Of a stretch of DNA of 64,000 nucleotides, positions 28,653 to 38,065 are shown piece after piece. Position 1 is the stretch's first letter; each line of letters starts with the position of its first letter. The stretch lies in the IMG/VR virus record IMGVR_UViG_3300027985_001212. One strand, given 5' to 3'. The notes below the pieces were generated by a model, which was not told the origin of the DNA, did no database searches, and saw nothing but the letters and a program-made list of their open reading frames with translations. This DNA is from an uncultured virus (IMG/VR IMGVR_UViG_3300027985_001212) (lineage: Duplodnaviria; Heunggongvirae; Uroviricota; Caudoviricetes). Both the position numbers and the translations under genes were made by a program.

Positions 28653-30788
28653 ATGAACCCTGATGACCTCTATACAGCGTACCCAAATGAGTTGGTTCCT
28701 AACTACTTCGGTCTGGCCTCTATCCTCCCAGCCCCGAATGGTGACTCACCTGCCCGTATCCAAATGGTCATGTCTCAGATTGAGCAGACGCTGGTGATCG
28801 ACGGGGCCGAGCCCCAACGGTTTAACTCAGGCACCGCAATGGATATCGGGAACTACACCTTTAAGGTAAAAGCGCCTGAAGACCTCATGGTCATTGCCGT
28901 AATCCCTCGCTTTCGCGTCGGGGTGTCGGGCGGCTTCCGTCACAACTCTGAATCGATCCTGGTGTATCGGGCAATCAACACTAACCGGATCAATGCCTTG
29001 ATCCTTCCGAATCATTTCAGTGCCCATCACCACTTTGGTTTCAAATATAATCCCAAGATCGATCTTAGTCGGGTGCGGGAACAGCAGTTCTTCGAGAAAG
29101 GTGAAATTCTCTACGACTCACCGAACATCGATAGTCAAGGGAATTACTGTTTCGGTACGGAATTGACCGTTGCGCGCGTTTCACTGCCTGGGGTTATCGA
29201 AGACGGTTCCATCCTGCGCCGTGGCGCGTTGAGTAAGTTTCGTACCTACGGCTATGAGAAACGCATTGTTACCTTTGGGCGCCGCCAATACCCGGCTAAC
29301 CTCTACGGGGACGCACGTAATTACAAAATCTTTCCCGATATCGGGGAACATGTCCGGGACGATGGGGTATTGTTTGCCCTGCGTGACTATGATCCAATCT
29401 GCGATGTCGTCAACCTCATGCCCGGGGCCACCCGTAAAGTTGACTACGTACATGATCAGAAAACCTTTGTCGTCCAGGTAAAACCCAATGCCCGCGTGGT
29501 AGATGTCCGGGTCGAATATAGTCCCCGCCGCCGCGGAGTTTCCCTCCCCGAAGGCATGGACGGGCAATTACGCCGGTACTTGAATGCACGCGATAGTTTC
29601 AACCGTAAGGTGTGGGATATCTACACTAAGATGGGAGGACCCGAAAAAGACCGACGCATTGGTGAAGAGTTTTCACACTTGCTGACCCAAGCCTACGGGG
29701 AGACGATCGAAGGTGATCCCTTCAACGTAAAGAATACGTTGCGTGGCGAGATGCTTGACGAGTGGTACGTGGAGATCACGTTCGAATATGAAGTCCCCAT
29801 GGATGTCGGTAACAAAGTAGCCGATACACATGGTGGTAAAACCATCGTCTGTAAAATCATCGAAGATGACGACGCACTACGGTTAGCCGATGGTACCATG
29901 GTCGACATGATGATCGATGGTAACTCGTTAACGAAGCGCATGAATACCAGCGCGGGGCTGGAGTTGAATATCAACAGTTCACGGATGCGGGCCGAACGTG
30001 AGCTGGCAGCGCTGATGGCGGCCACAGGGGACCGTGAAAAAGCGCTACAGTATACCAAGGATTTCTTGGCTGTCGCGGCGCCAAGTCAATGGCGTGCCTT
30101 TATGGGCCATGAGAATCCATTTAAAACCAACCTGATGGAGGTACCGCCCGTCGCTGATCGCCCCAGTTTTGATTGGTCGAGCTATCTCGACTACACCCTG
30201 GAGCATGGCTTCTATATCACCAGTCCGGCCTGTATCCCAGAAGAACATCTGGATATCATGGAGATGCTGGAAACGCACTACCCCCCCATGCGGGAGCATC
30301 TGTACTTCCGTAATGAGAAAGGTGAGATCGAACAGACCTATGAAAAAGTACTGGTCGGTACGATGTACGTCATCCGACTAGAAAAGACCGGTCAGGACTG
30401 GTCCTCTGTATCCACAGCACGGCTTCAGCATTATGGGATCCCAGCGAAACTGACCAACTGGGATAAATACTCGGCCCCGTATCGCGAAATGCCGGTACGC
30501 CTCTTTGATGAATCCACTTTGCGGTTGCTGGCCGCCGCAGTGGGCGGCAACGTAATTGCTAAAACCATCGAGGAGTCTAATAACCCAACCCTCCACCGCA
30601 GTATGCGGCGTAAGATCTTGCTGGCAGAAGACCCCAGTGCGATTGAAAACATTAACGATAAAAACGTGGAGGATCTTGGGATCAGCCGCATAAACCAATT
30701 CGTAAACCAGATGATGAGTTGCGCGGGGATCGCCTTCCGGCGCCACAGACTGACCGAGGTTAATGATGGAAACGATCAAAGCGCGTGA
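28653..30788 (+). CDS. Non-virion RNA polymerase beta C-terminal subunit (phiKZ gp71/73-like), uninterrupted
   Basis: Beta motifs DSPARIQM..SQ, IEDG, GNKVADTHGGK, KRMN, MYVIRLEK, PVRLFDE. Confidence 0.88.
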   Translation: MNPDDLYTAYPNELVPNYFGLASILPAPNGDSPARIQMVMSQIEQTLVIDGAEPQRFNSGTAMDIGNYTFKVKAPEDLMVIAVIPRFRVGVSGGFRHNSESILVYRAINTNRINALILPNHFSAHHHFGFKYNPKIDLSRVREQQFFEKGEILYDSPNIDSQGNYCFGTELTVARVSLPGVIEDGSILRRGALSKFRTYGYEKRIVTFGRRQYPANLYGDARNYKIFPDIGEHVRDDGVLFALRDYDPICDVVNLMPGATRKVDYVHDQKTFVVQVKPNARVVDVRVEYSPRRRGVSLPEGMDGQLRRYLNARDSFNRKVWDIYTKMGGPEKDRRIGEEFSHLLTQAYGETIEGDPFNVKNTLRGEMLDEWYVEITFEYEVPMDVGNKVADTHGGKTIVCKIIEDDDALRLADGTMVDMMIDGNSLTKRMNTSAGLELNINSSRMRAERELAALMAATGDREKALQYTKDFLAVAAPSQWRAFMGHENPFKTNLMEVPPVADRPSFDWSSYLDYTLEHGFYITSPACIPEEHLDIMEMLETHYPPMREHLYFRNEKGEIEQTYEKVLVGTMYVIRLEKTGQDWSSVSTARLQHYGIPAKLTNWDKYSAPYREMPVRLFDESTLRLLAAAVGGNVIAKTIEESNNPTLHRSMRRKILLAEDPSAIENINDKNVEDLGISRINQFVNQMMSCAGIAFRRHRLTEVNDGNDQSA

Positions 30789-32760
30789 GGTGCTGCATTA
30801 TACACTGGACCAAATTGACGCCCTCCTCCCGGGTGATTATCTGGTCCAGTTTGATGACCAGACCATTGCGCTGACACGTGAGCGTTTGATCTTTAGTTGG
30901 TTCCTCTGGCCGTTTCAACGGGCTTATGCACAGGCGCCGCTGTGCATACGGCACTGTATCCAGAACCAAGATATTGAAAAGAAAACCACGATTAACCTGC
31001 TGACGGCCGGCTTTTACGATGCGTTCGATGCCTTAGGTAAAGTGCGTAAGTTAGTTCCGGAACTGGAACACATGGCCTATGCGGCGACCTCAGCATTGGT
31101 GAACTACACGGGCGCTCGGTGTAACCGATACGTCTATACCGTGGATCACCGCGATTATCGGGAGATTGTTAATCTCCCGACAGTCCAGCGTCAGCTTAAA
31201 GTGCTGCGTGAGCCCGACATCCTGCGGACTGAACGCTTAAGGCGTATTGATGAAACGTATAGTCTCGTGTCCGATGAGATCCGCATGAATCCTACCCTGG
31301 ACCTGAATCCCGTGGCCGATAGCATGCGGGCGAACTATACCTCTGCGCTGCAGGTACTGCAAATTACGGTCATGCGCGGTAACGTGACTGACCGTAATGG
31401 CGACATTTTCCCTTATCCGGTTTTGCGAGGTTATCTTGCTTGCTTCCGCACCCTGCACGACCAAGCGGTCTGTAGTCGAGAAGCGACCAAAGCCTTGGAT
31501 TATCAGAAGGGACTGTTGAAAGCAGTTGAATACATCAACCGTAAGTTTCAGCTGGTGGGATCGGCGATCCATACCGTACACGAGGGGGATTGTGGGACTA
31601 CTGAATTTCTGACCGAACTGGTGACGCAAGATGTACTGAAGTCCCATGATGGCAAGTATTTTCGGTTGGCGGGGAGCCAGGAAGGGTTTGACCAAGTGGT
31701 TACCCCTGACCGTAAAGACCTCGTGGGGAAAACCATCGAGTTTCGTACCGCCTGGGGCTGTAAGCATCCTGACCCGTTGGGGATCTGTTCGAAATGCTTT
31801 GGTGAGCTGTTTTATCAGATTCCGGAGGGTGATAACATCGGCCATGATGCCAACGTTAACGTCAACCATAAAGGGGCTCAGATTACACTGTCAACCAAGC
31901 ATTTGGATTGGAACGCCGCCTCCGACGAACTCGTCCTTTCGCAAACCGCGCAACGGTACCTGACGATTGTTGAATCCACACAACACATCATGTTGACCTC
32001 GCGGCTAAAAGGCAGTACGATCAAACTGCAGTTCTCGACGGATCAGGCTCCCGAACTGGTGTCCGTCGAGAAGGCCACCGATTTCTACAGCATTAAACCG
32101 CAGGAGGTCAGTCAGCTTACGACCGTACGGTTGATCGTAACCGATAAAGATGGCCTGACTGAAGAGGCCAACCTGGAGGTCCATAGTGGTAACCGTAGCG
32201 CCAGCTTTACCTTGGATGCCTTGAAATACATTCAAGCCCATGGCGCCCAGACCCTGGCGTTTGGATCGAAAGAGATTGACTTAACGGAATGGGACTTCAG
32301 CCAATCCTTGTTTGAACTCCCCATGCGCCAGTCTAACATGTTGGATTACATGAACCAGCTGGAGAACATCCTGAAGTCGACCAAAGATAACAGTAAACGC
32401 CGAAAACGGCGTGGGTCACTCGATCGACTGACGGATTTTGAAAACCCCGTCGATGCACTACGGTATTTCAATAAAGTGCTGCGCACGAAGTTACATGTTA
32501 ACTTTGCCTTTGTTGAGATTATCGTCATGGCCTATCGCGTCATTGATCCTGAAAAGGGTAATTACTACCCCGCCAAAGGACTAACAACCGGCACTATGGT
32601 GAGTCGTAATGACGTACTTCGCTACCGGTCGTTCAGCGTACCGATGGCGTTTGAGCGCCATCGTGATTACCTGGAAAGCCCCATATCGTTTACGGCTACC
32701 CATCGACCCCCGTCGATCCTGGACCCGTACCTTATGGGTTCATTACCACCGGAAAAATGA
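30763..32760 (+). CDS. Non-virion RNA polymerase beta' C-terminal subunit (phiKZ gp74-like)
   Basis: GDCGT, Zn motif C.HPDP.GICSKCFG, Q..LSTKH. Confidence 0.88.
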   Translation: MMETIKAREVLHYTLDQIDALLPGDYLVQFDDQTIALTRERLIFSWFLWPFQRAYAQAPLCIRHCIQNQDIEKKTTINLLTAGFYDAFDALGKVRKLVPELEHMAYAATSALVNYTGARCNRYVYTVDHRDYREIVNLPTVQRQLKVLREPDILRTERLRRIDETYSLVSDEIRMNPTLDLNPVADSMRANYTSALQVLQITVMRGNVTDRNGDIFPYPVLRGYLACFRTLHDQAVCSREATKALDYQKGLLKAVEYINRKFQLVGSAIHTVHEGDCGTTEFLTELVTQDVLKSHDGKYFRLAGSQEGFDQVVTPDRKDLVGKTIEFRTAWGCKHPDPLGICSKCFGELFYQIPEGDNIGHDANVNVNHKGAQITLSTKHLDWNAASDELVLSQTAQRYLTIVESTQHIMLTSRLKGSTIKLQFSTDQAPELVSVEKATDFYSIKPQEVSQLTTVRLIVTDKDGLTEEANLEVHSGNRSASFTLDALKYIQAHGAQTLAFGSKEIDLTEWDFSQSLFELPMRQSNMLDYMNQLENILKSTKDNSKRRKRRGSLDRLTDFENPVDALRYFNKVLRTKLHVNFAFVEIIVMAYRVIDPEKGNYYPAKGLTTGTMVSRNDVLRYRSFSVPMAFERHRDYLESPISFTATHRPPSILDPYLMGSLPPEK

Positions 32761-32766
32761 CCTGTC

Positions 32767-32808
32767 GGAAGGGACCCTTCGGGGTTTCCCTTCCTTTATT
32801 TTTTGCCG
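32767..32808 (+). terminator. Intrinsic terminator with UUCG loop
   Basis: GGAAGGGA-CCC-TTCG-GGG-TT-TCCCTTCC, then TTTATTTTTTGCCG. Confidence 0.8.
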
Positions 32809-32863
32809 CGTTTTACAGCACATGTGAGGATTACTATGTGTTTCAGTAAGGAGATAACGTCTC

Positions 32864-33151
32864 ATGGTTGAATTACATAACGCCATTCACCATTTCCTAC
32901 TCGACTATCAACATCGGCATGCCTTATCCCCTTACGACGTAATCAATCGCTTTAAGGCCTTAGCCTATGGTACACCCACCTCAACGGTCGCGTTTACGGT
33001 TAACGATATCGACGTGCAGTTGATTATCCCTAATCAGCAGGTCAGTTATGATATCTCCGTCAGCGTGAAGGTCTCGATACCGTCCGACACACCCGTTGAC
33101 CAGCCGATGATCCAGTCTATTATTGATCGATTGTTATTTTTACTTGAGTAG
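32864..33151 (+). CDS. Hypothetical protein
   Basis: 95 aa, AAGGAG RBS. Confidence 0.6.
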   Translation: MVELHNAIHHFLLDYQHRHALSPYDVINRFKALAYGTPTSTVAFTVNDIDVQLIIPNQQVSYDISVSVKVSIPSDTPVDQPMIQSIIDRLLFLLE

Positions 33152-33168
33152 CGCCCGTAGGAGTCACT

Positions 33169-34743
33169 ATGTCTGCACCCATTCGACTCGACGTTTACAG
33201 TCACAATTTTTCTGTCATTCCACGTGACATGAACAGTAAGGTGTCCGCGTACGAATACGCCCGGCGGATGACCGAGTACGAGTTGCAGTGGCAAGGGGGT
33301 CGTTACCCCGTCCGTGTGCCGGTACGCTGCTATGCCGTCGCTGACAAAGCCCGTACCTATTTTCGATTCCATCGCAATCAGCTGGATGATTTTATCAACT
33401 ACATGGCTAAAGAGGGATATAATCGTGAAAGCTTTGAACGCGTTGATCATCAACCTCAGCCCGGCGTACCGATTCAACTGACCCTGAAGCCCGGCTGGGC
33501 TCCTCGTGAACACCAGGTGCCGGTGGTTGAATATCTTGCTAAAGAGCAACCTTGCCATGTGCTACCCCTGCAGACCGGCATGGGAAAAACCTTCTGTGCA
33601 CTCTACGGGGCCTATAAGTACGGCCGTCGCTTCGAACTGATGATCCCGGCGCAATATCTTGAAAAGTGGGAAGCCGACCTAACCAAGCATTTCGAGCTAG
33701 AGGATAAAGACGTTCTCGTCATTCAAGGTGGTAAAGCATTAATTCGTGCGATGGAGATGGCGGTCAACAATGAAATCCCGACACTGAAAGCGCTATTGAT
33801 CTCATCGAATACCTATCGCAACTATTTGTCGGAATGTGAAGCCTCGGCAAACGGCCGCAGCATCTATCCGTTTGCGCCGCATGAATGGAATGACCGCATG
33901 CAGACGGGACTGCGAATCACCGATGAGGTACATGAAAACTTTCACTTGAACTACCGTATCGAGATGTACGCCAACCTCGCCACGACGTATAACTTATCGG
34001 CCACGATTGTCACCAGTGTACCGGTGGTGAAGAAGATGTACGACATCATCTATCCGAAGAGTTGCTGGCCTGAGGGAATGGAGTATAATCGCTATACGGA
34101 CCTCTATGCGTACGCGTATGCGATCTCTAACCCAGACAAACTTAAGCACACGGTGAGAGGCCGGAAGTCCTACAACCATGTTGAGTTTGAGAAGTCGATC
34201 TTAAAGAATAAGGCGTACTTAGAGCAGTATCTTGAACTGGTCGAGTGGGTCTTTAATGAAGATTTCCTGCAGCATCAGAAGTCCGGCCAGCGCGCGCTCA
34301 TCTTTGCGGCCAGTATCGAAATGTGCGGTAAAATTAAAGCCTTTTTGAAGCGCCGCCATCCCCGGTTGGACATTGAACGGTATGTGGGCGAAGACTCCTT
34401 TACTGTCCTCGAGAAGGCGGAGATCATCGTCAGCACGCTGCAAAGCGCCGGGACCGCCGTCGATATCGACGACTTGATGTACGTGCTTAATACGGTTTCA
34501 AGTAACTCTGAAAAACAAAACCTTCAATCCTTTGGTCGCATTCGCAAGCCGAAGAAATGGTTGGAGCAAACCCCTCGCTACAGTTATACTTACTGCCGCG
34601 GCATCCGTAAACAGGCTGAATACCATGACAACAAACTCGTCTTGTTTAACAACAAAGCCACTAAGATCGTCGTCCGGGATCTTGGCATCCGACTTAATAC
34701 CGGCGACCGACCCCACTGGCAACACCGCGGCGCAGTACTATAG
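33169..34743 (+). CDS. Superfamily 2 (DExH) helicase (phiKZ gp75-like)
   Basis: Walker A LQTGMGKT, motif II DEVH, motif III SAT, motif VI QSFGRIRK; AGGAG RBS. Confidence 0.9.
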   Translation: MSAPIRLDVYSHNFSVIPRDMNSKVSAYEYARRMTEYELQWQGGRYPVRVPVRCYAVADKARTYFRFHRNQLDDFINYMAKEGYNRESFERVDHQPQPGVPIQLTLKPGWAPREHQVPVVEYLAKEQPCHVLPLQTGMGKTFCALYGAYKYGRRFELMIPAQYLEKWEADLTKHFELEDKDVLVIQGGKALIRAMEMAVNNEIPTLKALLISSNTYRNYLSECEASANGRSIYPFAPHEWNDRMQTGLRITDEVHENFHLNYRIEMYANLATTYNLSATIVTSVPVVKKMYDIIYPKSCWPEGMEYNRYTDLYAYAYAISNPDKLKHTVRGRKSYNHVEFEKSILKNKAYLEQYLELVEWVFNEDFLQHQKSGQRALIFAASIEMCGKIKAFLKRRHPRLDIERYVGEDSFTVLEKAEIIVSTLQSAGTAVDIDDLMYVLNTVSSNSEKQNLQSFGRIRKPKKWLEQTPRYSYTYCRGIRKQAEYHDNKLVLFNNKATKIVVRDLGIRLNTGDRPHWQHRGAVL

Positions 34744-35242
34744 TGCAAAAGGGTACCGGCTCGCCCTGGCTTATATGCAACAACACCCGGACTTCATGCC
34801 CCTGCGGGGAGAGTTTCTCATAGGCAACGTGGATCTGCTCGACTATCATCCCTTCCAGATCCCGTTTATCTATGGCAGTTGGTTACGACATCTCTTGCCG
34901 GCACTCCCAGACGACGGTGAGTACGTCGCCCAAGCCCTGGGGGTTGACACGTTGATTTACGCGTCGATTCACTATTACGAGTACGGTGCCCCTGACCTGC
35001 ACAGTCACATCAGCGCCCTTAATCTGGTCCGGTTGTTGGTCCATGCCTTCATTGAAACCCACCCATCACGGGTGGGAACGGCGGTGAGTGAAGTCGATAT
35101 GGTTTTGGAAACCGCCCTTGACAATGGTATGCTTAAGACCATTCGCACCGAGTTAGAGGCCCGTTTTCCCCACGGGTTGCTGGCCGATAAAACGTCCTTG
35201 CGAACGCCGCCAATCACTATCCATCAACCTATTTACGCTTAA
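34532..35242 (+). CDS. Hypothetical protein (true start probably further downstream)
   Basis: ORF fills the gap after the helicase; its 5' part overlaps the helicase. Confidence 0.45.
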   Translation: MVAFASRRNGWSKPLATVILTAAASVNRLNTMTTNSSCLTTKPLRSSSGILASDLIPATDPTGNTAAQYYSAKGYRLALAYMQQHPDFMPLRGEFLIGNVDLLDYHPFQIPFIYGSWLRHLLPALPDDGEYVAQALGVDTLIYASIHYYEYGAPDLHSHISALNLVRLLVHAFIETHPSRVGTAVSEVDMVLETALDNGMLKTIRTELEARFPHGLLADKTSLRTPPITIHQPIYA

Positions 35243-35258
35243 CACGAAAGGGACCGTC

Positions 35259-35810
35259 ATGGAATGTGCTAACACCGCCCGACCTAACCTTCACTATGCC
35301 CCCAGCATAGTCCCTAATATCAACAGTCGACTGACTGATCACGATCACCGCGTGATTGCGCGTTGGCTAGCGCGTATGGACACCAGCCCGTGCTATCCGA
35401 CCTTGCTAGAGGAGATCGATCCCACCCTGTGTACAACTAACCCCCAGGAGCACCGTAAAATCGCGTCTATCGCGTTTTTTATTATCCGTGAGGCATTGCC
35501 CGAGGTTCCTGTCGAAAGGGCTGACAGTACGATTCTGAGCCTTACAATGGCTACTGCTATTCGGGTCTATCTCGAGTTCCTGAACACGCCCGCGGGCCAA
35601 CAAGGGGCCAATGCGCTGCTGGCGTGTCATGAACACTTGCGTGATTGTTTTGTCGACGCGCTCGCAGGCGCCTGTGTTGACTTCATGCCGCACCAGGCTC
35701 GGCGCGTGTTGTTGGACTTCGTCAATGAATCCAAGGCACATCCGGTCGATTACATGAACTGTTTCAGCGCTATTTTGCACCGGCAACCCCAGACCCCCGT
35801 CATCCACTGA
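35259..35810 (+). CDS. Hypothetical protein
   Basis: 183 aa, AAGGGA upstream, followed by a terminator. Confidence 0.6.
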   Translation: MECANTARPNLHYAPSIVPNINSRLTDHDHRVIARWLARMDTSPCYPTLLEEIDPTLCTTNPQEHRKIASIAFFIIREALPEVPVERADSTILSLTMATAIRVYLEFLNTPAGQQGANALLACHEHLRDCFVDALAGACVDFMPHQARRVLLDFVNESKAHPVDYMNCFSAILHRQPQTPVIH

Positions 35811-35826
35811 TGACGACCTTTATCCT

Positions 35827-35862
35827 GGAGAGAGGTCCCTTGGGCTTCTCTCCCTTATGCCG
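35827..35862 (+). terminator. Hairpin terminator with TATGCCG tail
   Basis: GGAGAGAGG..CCC / GGG..CTTCTCTCC stem, then CTTATGCCG. Confidence 0.7.
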
Positions 35863-35886
35863 CCTATGCCCTTGAAACTACTTTTT

Positions 35887-35902
35887 TTCAGTCGTATACT
35901 AC
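35887..35902 (+). promoter_or_regulatory. Putative early promoter TTCA-N4-TATACTAC
   Basis: Same motif and spacing; heads the accessory island. Confidence 0.6.
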
Positions 35903-35937
35903 TCGTGTGTCCTTACATAACTGGAGATATTTTTATC

Positions 35938-36243
35938 ATGAACAGGTCCTTTATTCGTTCCCTGATACCGTACGCTTTAGTGCTCGGCGCGATCGTACTG
36001 GAGAGTAAACTACTTTATCTGATGGCGCTGGACGTAATGGCTATCATGGAGGATAGCGCTACCGCCATCCCGGCGTACTACAACTACCTATCGATATTGG
36101 CCCTCATGGTCTACGGGACCATTAGTTATACCGCGATCCATCTGCACTATGTAACGAAACTCACCGCTGATTATCGTCCCTGGGTGAAGTGGGCGGTTAT
36201 CGGCGCCACCGATGTCATCGTACTGTTGTTGGCGTGTTACTAA
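35938..36243 (+). CDS. Small membrane protein (~3 TM)
   Basis: GGAG RBS before ATG 35938; three hydrophobic segments. Confidence 0.65.
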   Translation: MNRSFIRSLIPYALVLGAIVLESKLLYLMALDVMAIMEDSATAIPAYYNYLSILALMVYGTISYTAIHLHYVTKLTADYRPWVKWAVIGATDVIVLLLACY

Positions 36244-36287
36244 AGACATCACGTCAGATGCTGATGTAAAATAAAAAGGAGTTTACC

Positions 36288-36632
36288 ATGGTACTGTATT
36301 TTATACCGCGACAGATCCACCAGCTCCACCTGGCCCTTGGGGTGCTGATCTTTATCAGCGAGCTGGTATTAGTCGGGCTCGTGGCCCACACCTTTGCCAC
36401 CTGGCAATCGATGGACGTCAGCGAGATTACACTGGTCGCTTACACCCAATGTGTTTCACTGCTACTGTTTCTAGTCGTCATCACGACGGTGGACTTGATT
36501 CGGGTCTGGGCATGGTGGGGCAAGTGCTTAAACACCCTGTGCCGCACCGGGCTTTTTAGTATTTATGTACTAGCCACCCTTACCTATTGGGTCGTAGTAG
36601 GGATCGTCTGTTACTATGGTACACTCGCGTAA
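36288..36632 (+). CDS. Small membrane protein (~3 TM)
   Basis: AAGGAG RBS; three hydrophobic segments. Confidence 0.65.
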   Translation: MVLYFIPRQIHQLHLALGVLIFISELVLVGLVAHTFATWQSMDVSEITLVAYTQCVSLLLFLVVITTVDLIRVWAWWGKCLNTLCRTGLFSIYVLATLTYWVVVGIVCYYGTLA

Positions 36633-36651
36633 TTAACGTAAAGGAGTCATT

Positions 36652-37215
36652 ATGACAAGGGATTTATCACTCCCGCCCGGATTTGAACGGTACGTGCCCA
36701 TGGATTTTCGGGGTCGTAAGACCCATCCGCTCGCCAACCTACCTGGCGTATTGGTGATACTGCACCCCCCGACGAACCGGCGTTTTATCGTCTGTTCGGG
36801 CAATTTAGCGAAACGGGTCAACGGTATCCGGTATTCACTCCGGGCGAACCACACCCCTCACCGCCGGGTCCCGGATGAACTGTGTGTCCACTATGACCGT
36901 GCTCCTCAGGTCGAGTATTACTACATGGTGACATCCACCTATGCGGCCGCGAGAGTTGAAGCGGATAAGCTCCGCCACGCAACACAGGATGACCCCCGTT
37001 ACTACAATCGTAAGCAGGGGATTAAAAACTATTATAAGACCGCTACTGGAAAAACCGTGGCCGTCACCCGGGGCCGCCATCGCTGCATCCCAGTGATCAT
37101 CCAGGGGATAGAGTACCCGTCTATTACTGAGGCGAGTAAAACCCTTAACCTGTCATCCGCCATGATCCGGTACCGGCTAACAAGCCTTAATTTTCCCGAC
37201 TTTACCATCAAATAA
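36652..37215 (+). CDS. Degenerate GIY-YIG-like protein with C-terminal NUMOD1-type HTH
   Basis: PGVLVILHPPTNRRFIVCSGNLAKRV resembles a GIY-YIG N-terminus; YYN; C-terminal VIIQGIEYPSITEASKTLNLS. Confidence 0.6.
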   Translation: MTRDLSLPPGFERYVPMDFRGRKTHPLANLPGVLVILHPPTNRRFIVCSGNLAKRVNGIRYSLRANHTPHRRVPDELCVHYDRAPQVEYYYMVTSTYAAARVEADKLRHATQDDPRYYNRKQGIKNYYKTATGKTVAVTRGRHRCIPVIIQGIEYPSITEASKTLNLSSAMIRYRLTSLNFPDFTIK

Positions 37216-37611
37216 ATGACTAAGGAGAGTCCTATGACAATGACGAAGATTCCGCCGGCACTTGCCGACTTTACCCTGTTCGACCCGGAAAAGAACCGGG
37301 GAGATGCCTCAATGCGTAATAAAGAAGGCTGCGTGGTCGCCTACCAACCCAGTTCGGGCCGCTACTACCAGGTCAGTACCGCCTCCATCGGCCATTTCAT
37401 TTCGAACACGAAGTGTCTGTTGCGCAAAAAGACACACACCTCAAAGGTGTTCAGTCAAGCCTATGCTGAAGACCGTAATTTCCTTTGGCTCTATAAGGTC
37501 ATCAAGACCCCCGAAGCGATTTTGGAGCGCCAGCGGGAAATCGAAACCGCCTTGACGCCCGAGTTACGGTTGAACGCAAAACTGCGTATTCGGATCCCGA
37601 CAAAATGGTAA
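37216..37611 (+). CDS. Degenerate GIY-YIG-like protein
   Basis: GCVVAYQPSSGRYYQVST...LRKKTH.S..FSQAY...ERQRE...RLN pattern; AAGGAG RBS (start probably 37233). Confidence 0.45.
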   Translation: MTKESPMTMTKIPPALADFTLFDPEKNRGDASMRNKEGCVVAYQPSSGRYYQVSTASIGHFISNTKCLLRKKTHTSKVFSQAYAEDRNFLWLYKVIKTPEAILERQREIETALTPELRLNAKLRIRIPTKW

Positions 37612-37699
37612 GGGCGCAGCGTAACGCGATCAAACGAATCGCTATCACCCTGTTGGTTATTGCCGCGTTCATGGCAATGGGCATTCAATTTTAAACGGT

Positions 37700-37730
37700 T
37701 ATACCCACTCCCTTTAGGGGAGTGGGTATA
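37700..37730. terminator. Hairpin, possible terminator
   Basis: 13-bp stem TATACCCACTCCC / GGGAGTGGGTATA. Confidence 0.55.
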
Positions 37731-37747
37731 TAGCGGACGATACCATA

Positions 37748-38050
37748 ATGAATCCAATCGTAATCGTTTGTTTTAACTGTGTATTTTTTACACTGGTCGC
37801 CGTCGAGTTGGCCATTATTAAAAATATTAGCACTATCGCTAATCAGATGCTCTTTGACGCCACCGTTTCCAATGCTATTGCTATTCAACAGCTCCCCGTT
37901 TTCCTTTTAGTGTTTATCGCCTGCAATACCGTACGGTATATTGTTCTTTTCATTTATTCAGGAACGGATGTCTATTTTCGCCGCGCAGTTATGAGTTGGG
38001 TATTTGCTTCTGAACTGATAACGACTTTACTCTTTACGCTACTTATTTAG
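37748..38050 (+). CDS. Small membrane protein (~3 TM)
   Basis: 100 aa, strongly hydrophobic, AT-rich DNA. Confidence 0.55.
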   Translation: MNPIVIVCFNCVFFTLVAVELAIIKNISTIANQMLFDATVSNAIAIQQLPVFLLVFIACNTVRYIVLFIYSGTDVYFRRAVMSWVFASELITTLLFTLLI

Positions 38051-38065
38051 AGGGGGATACTAATC

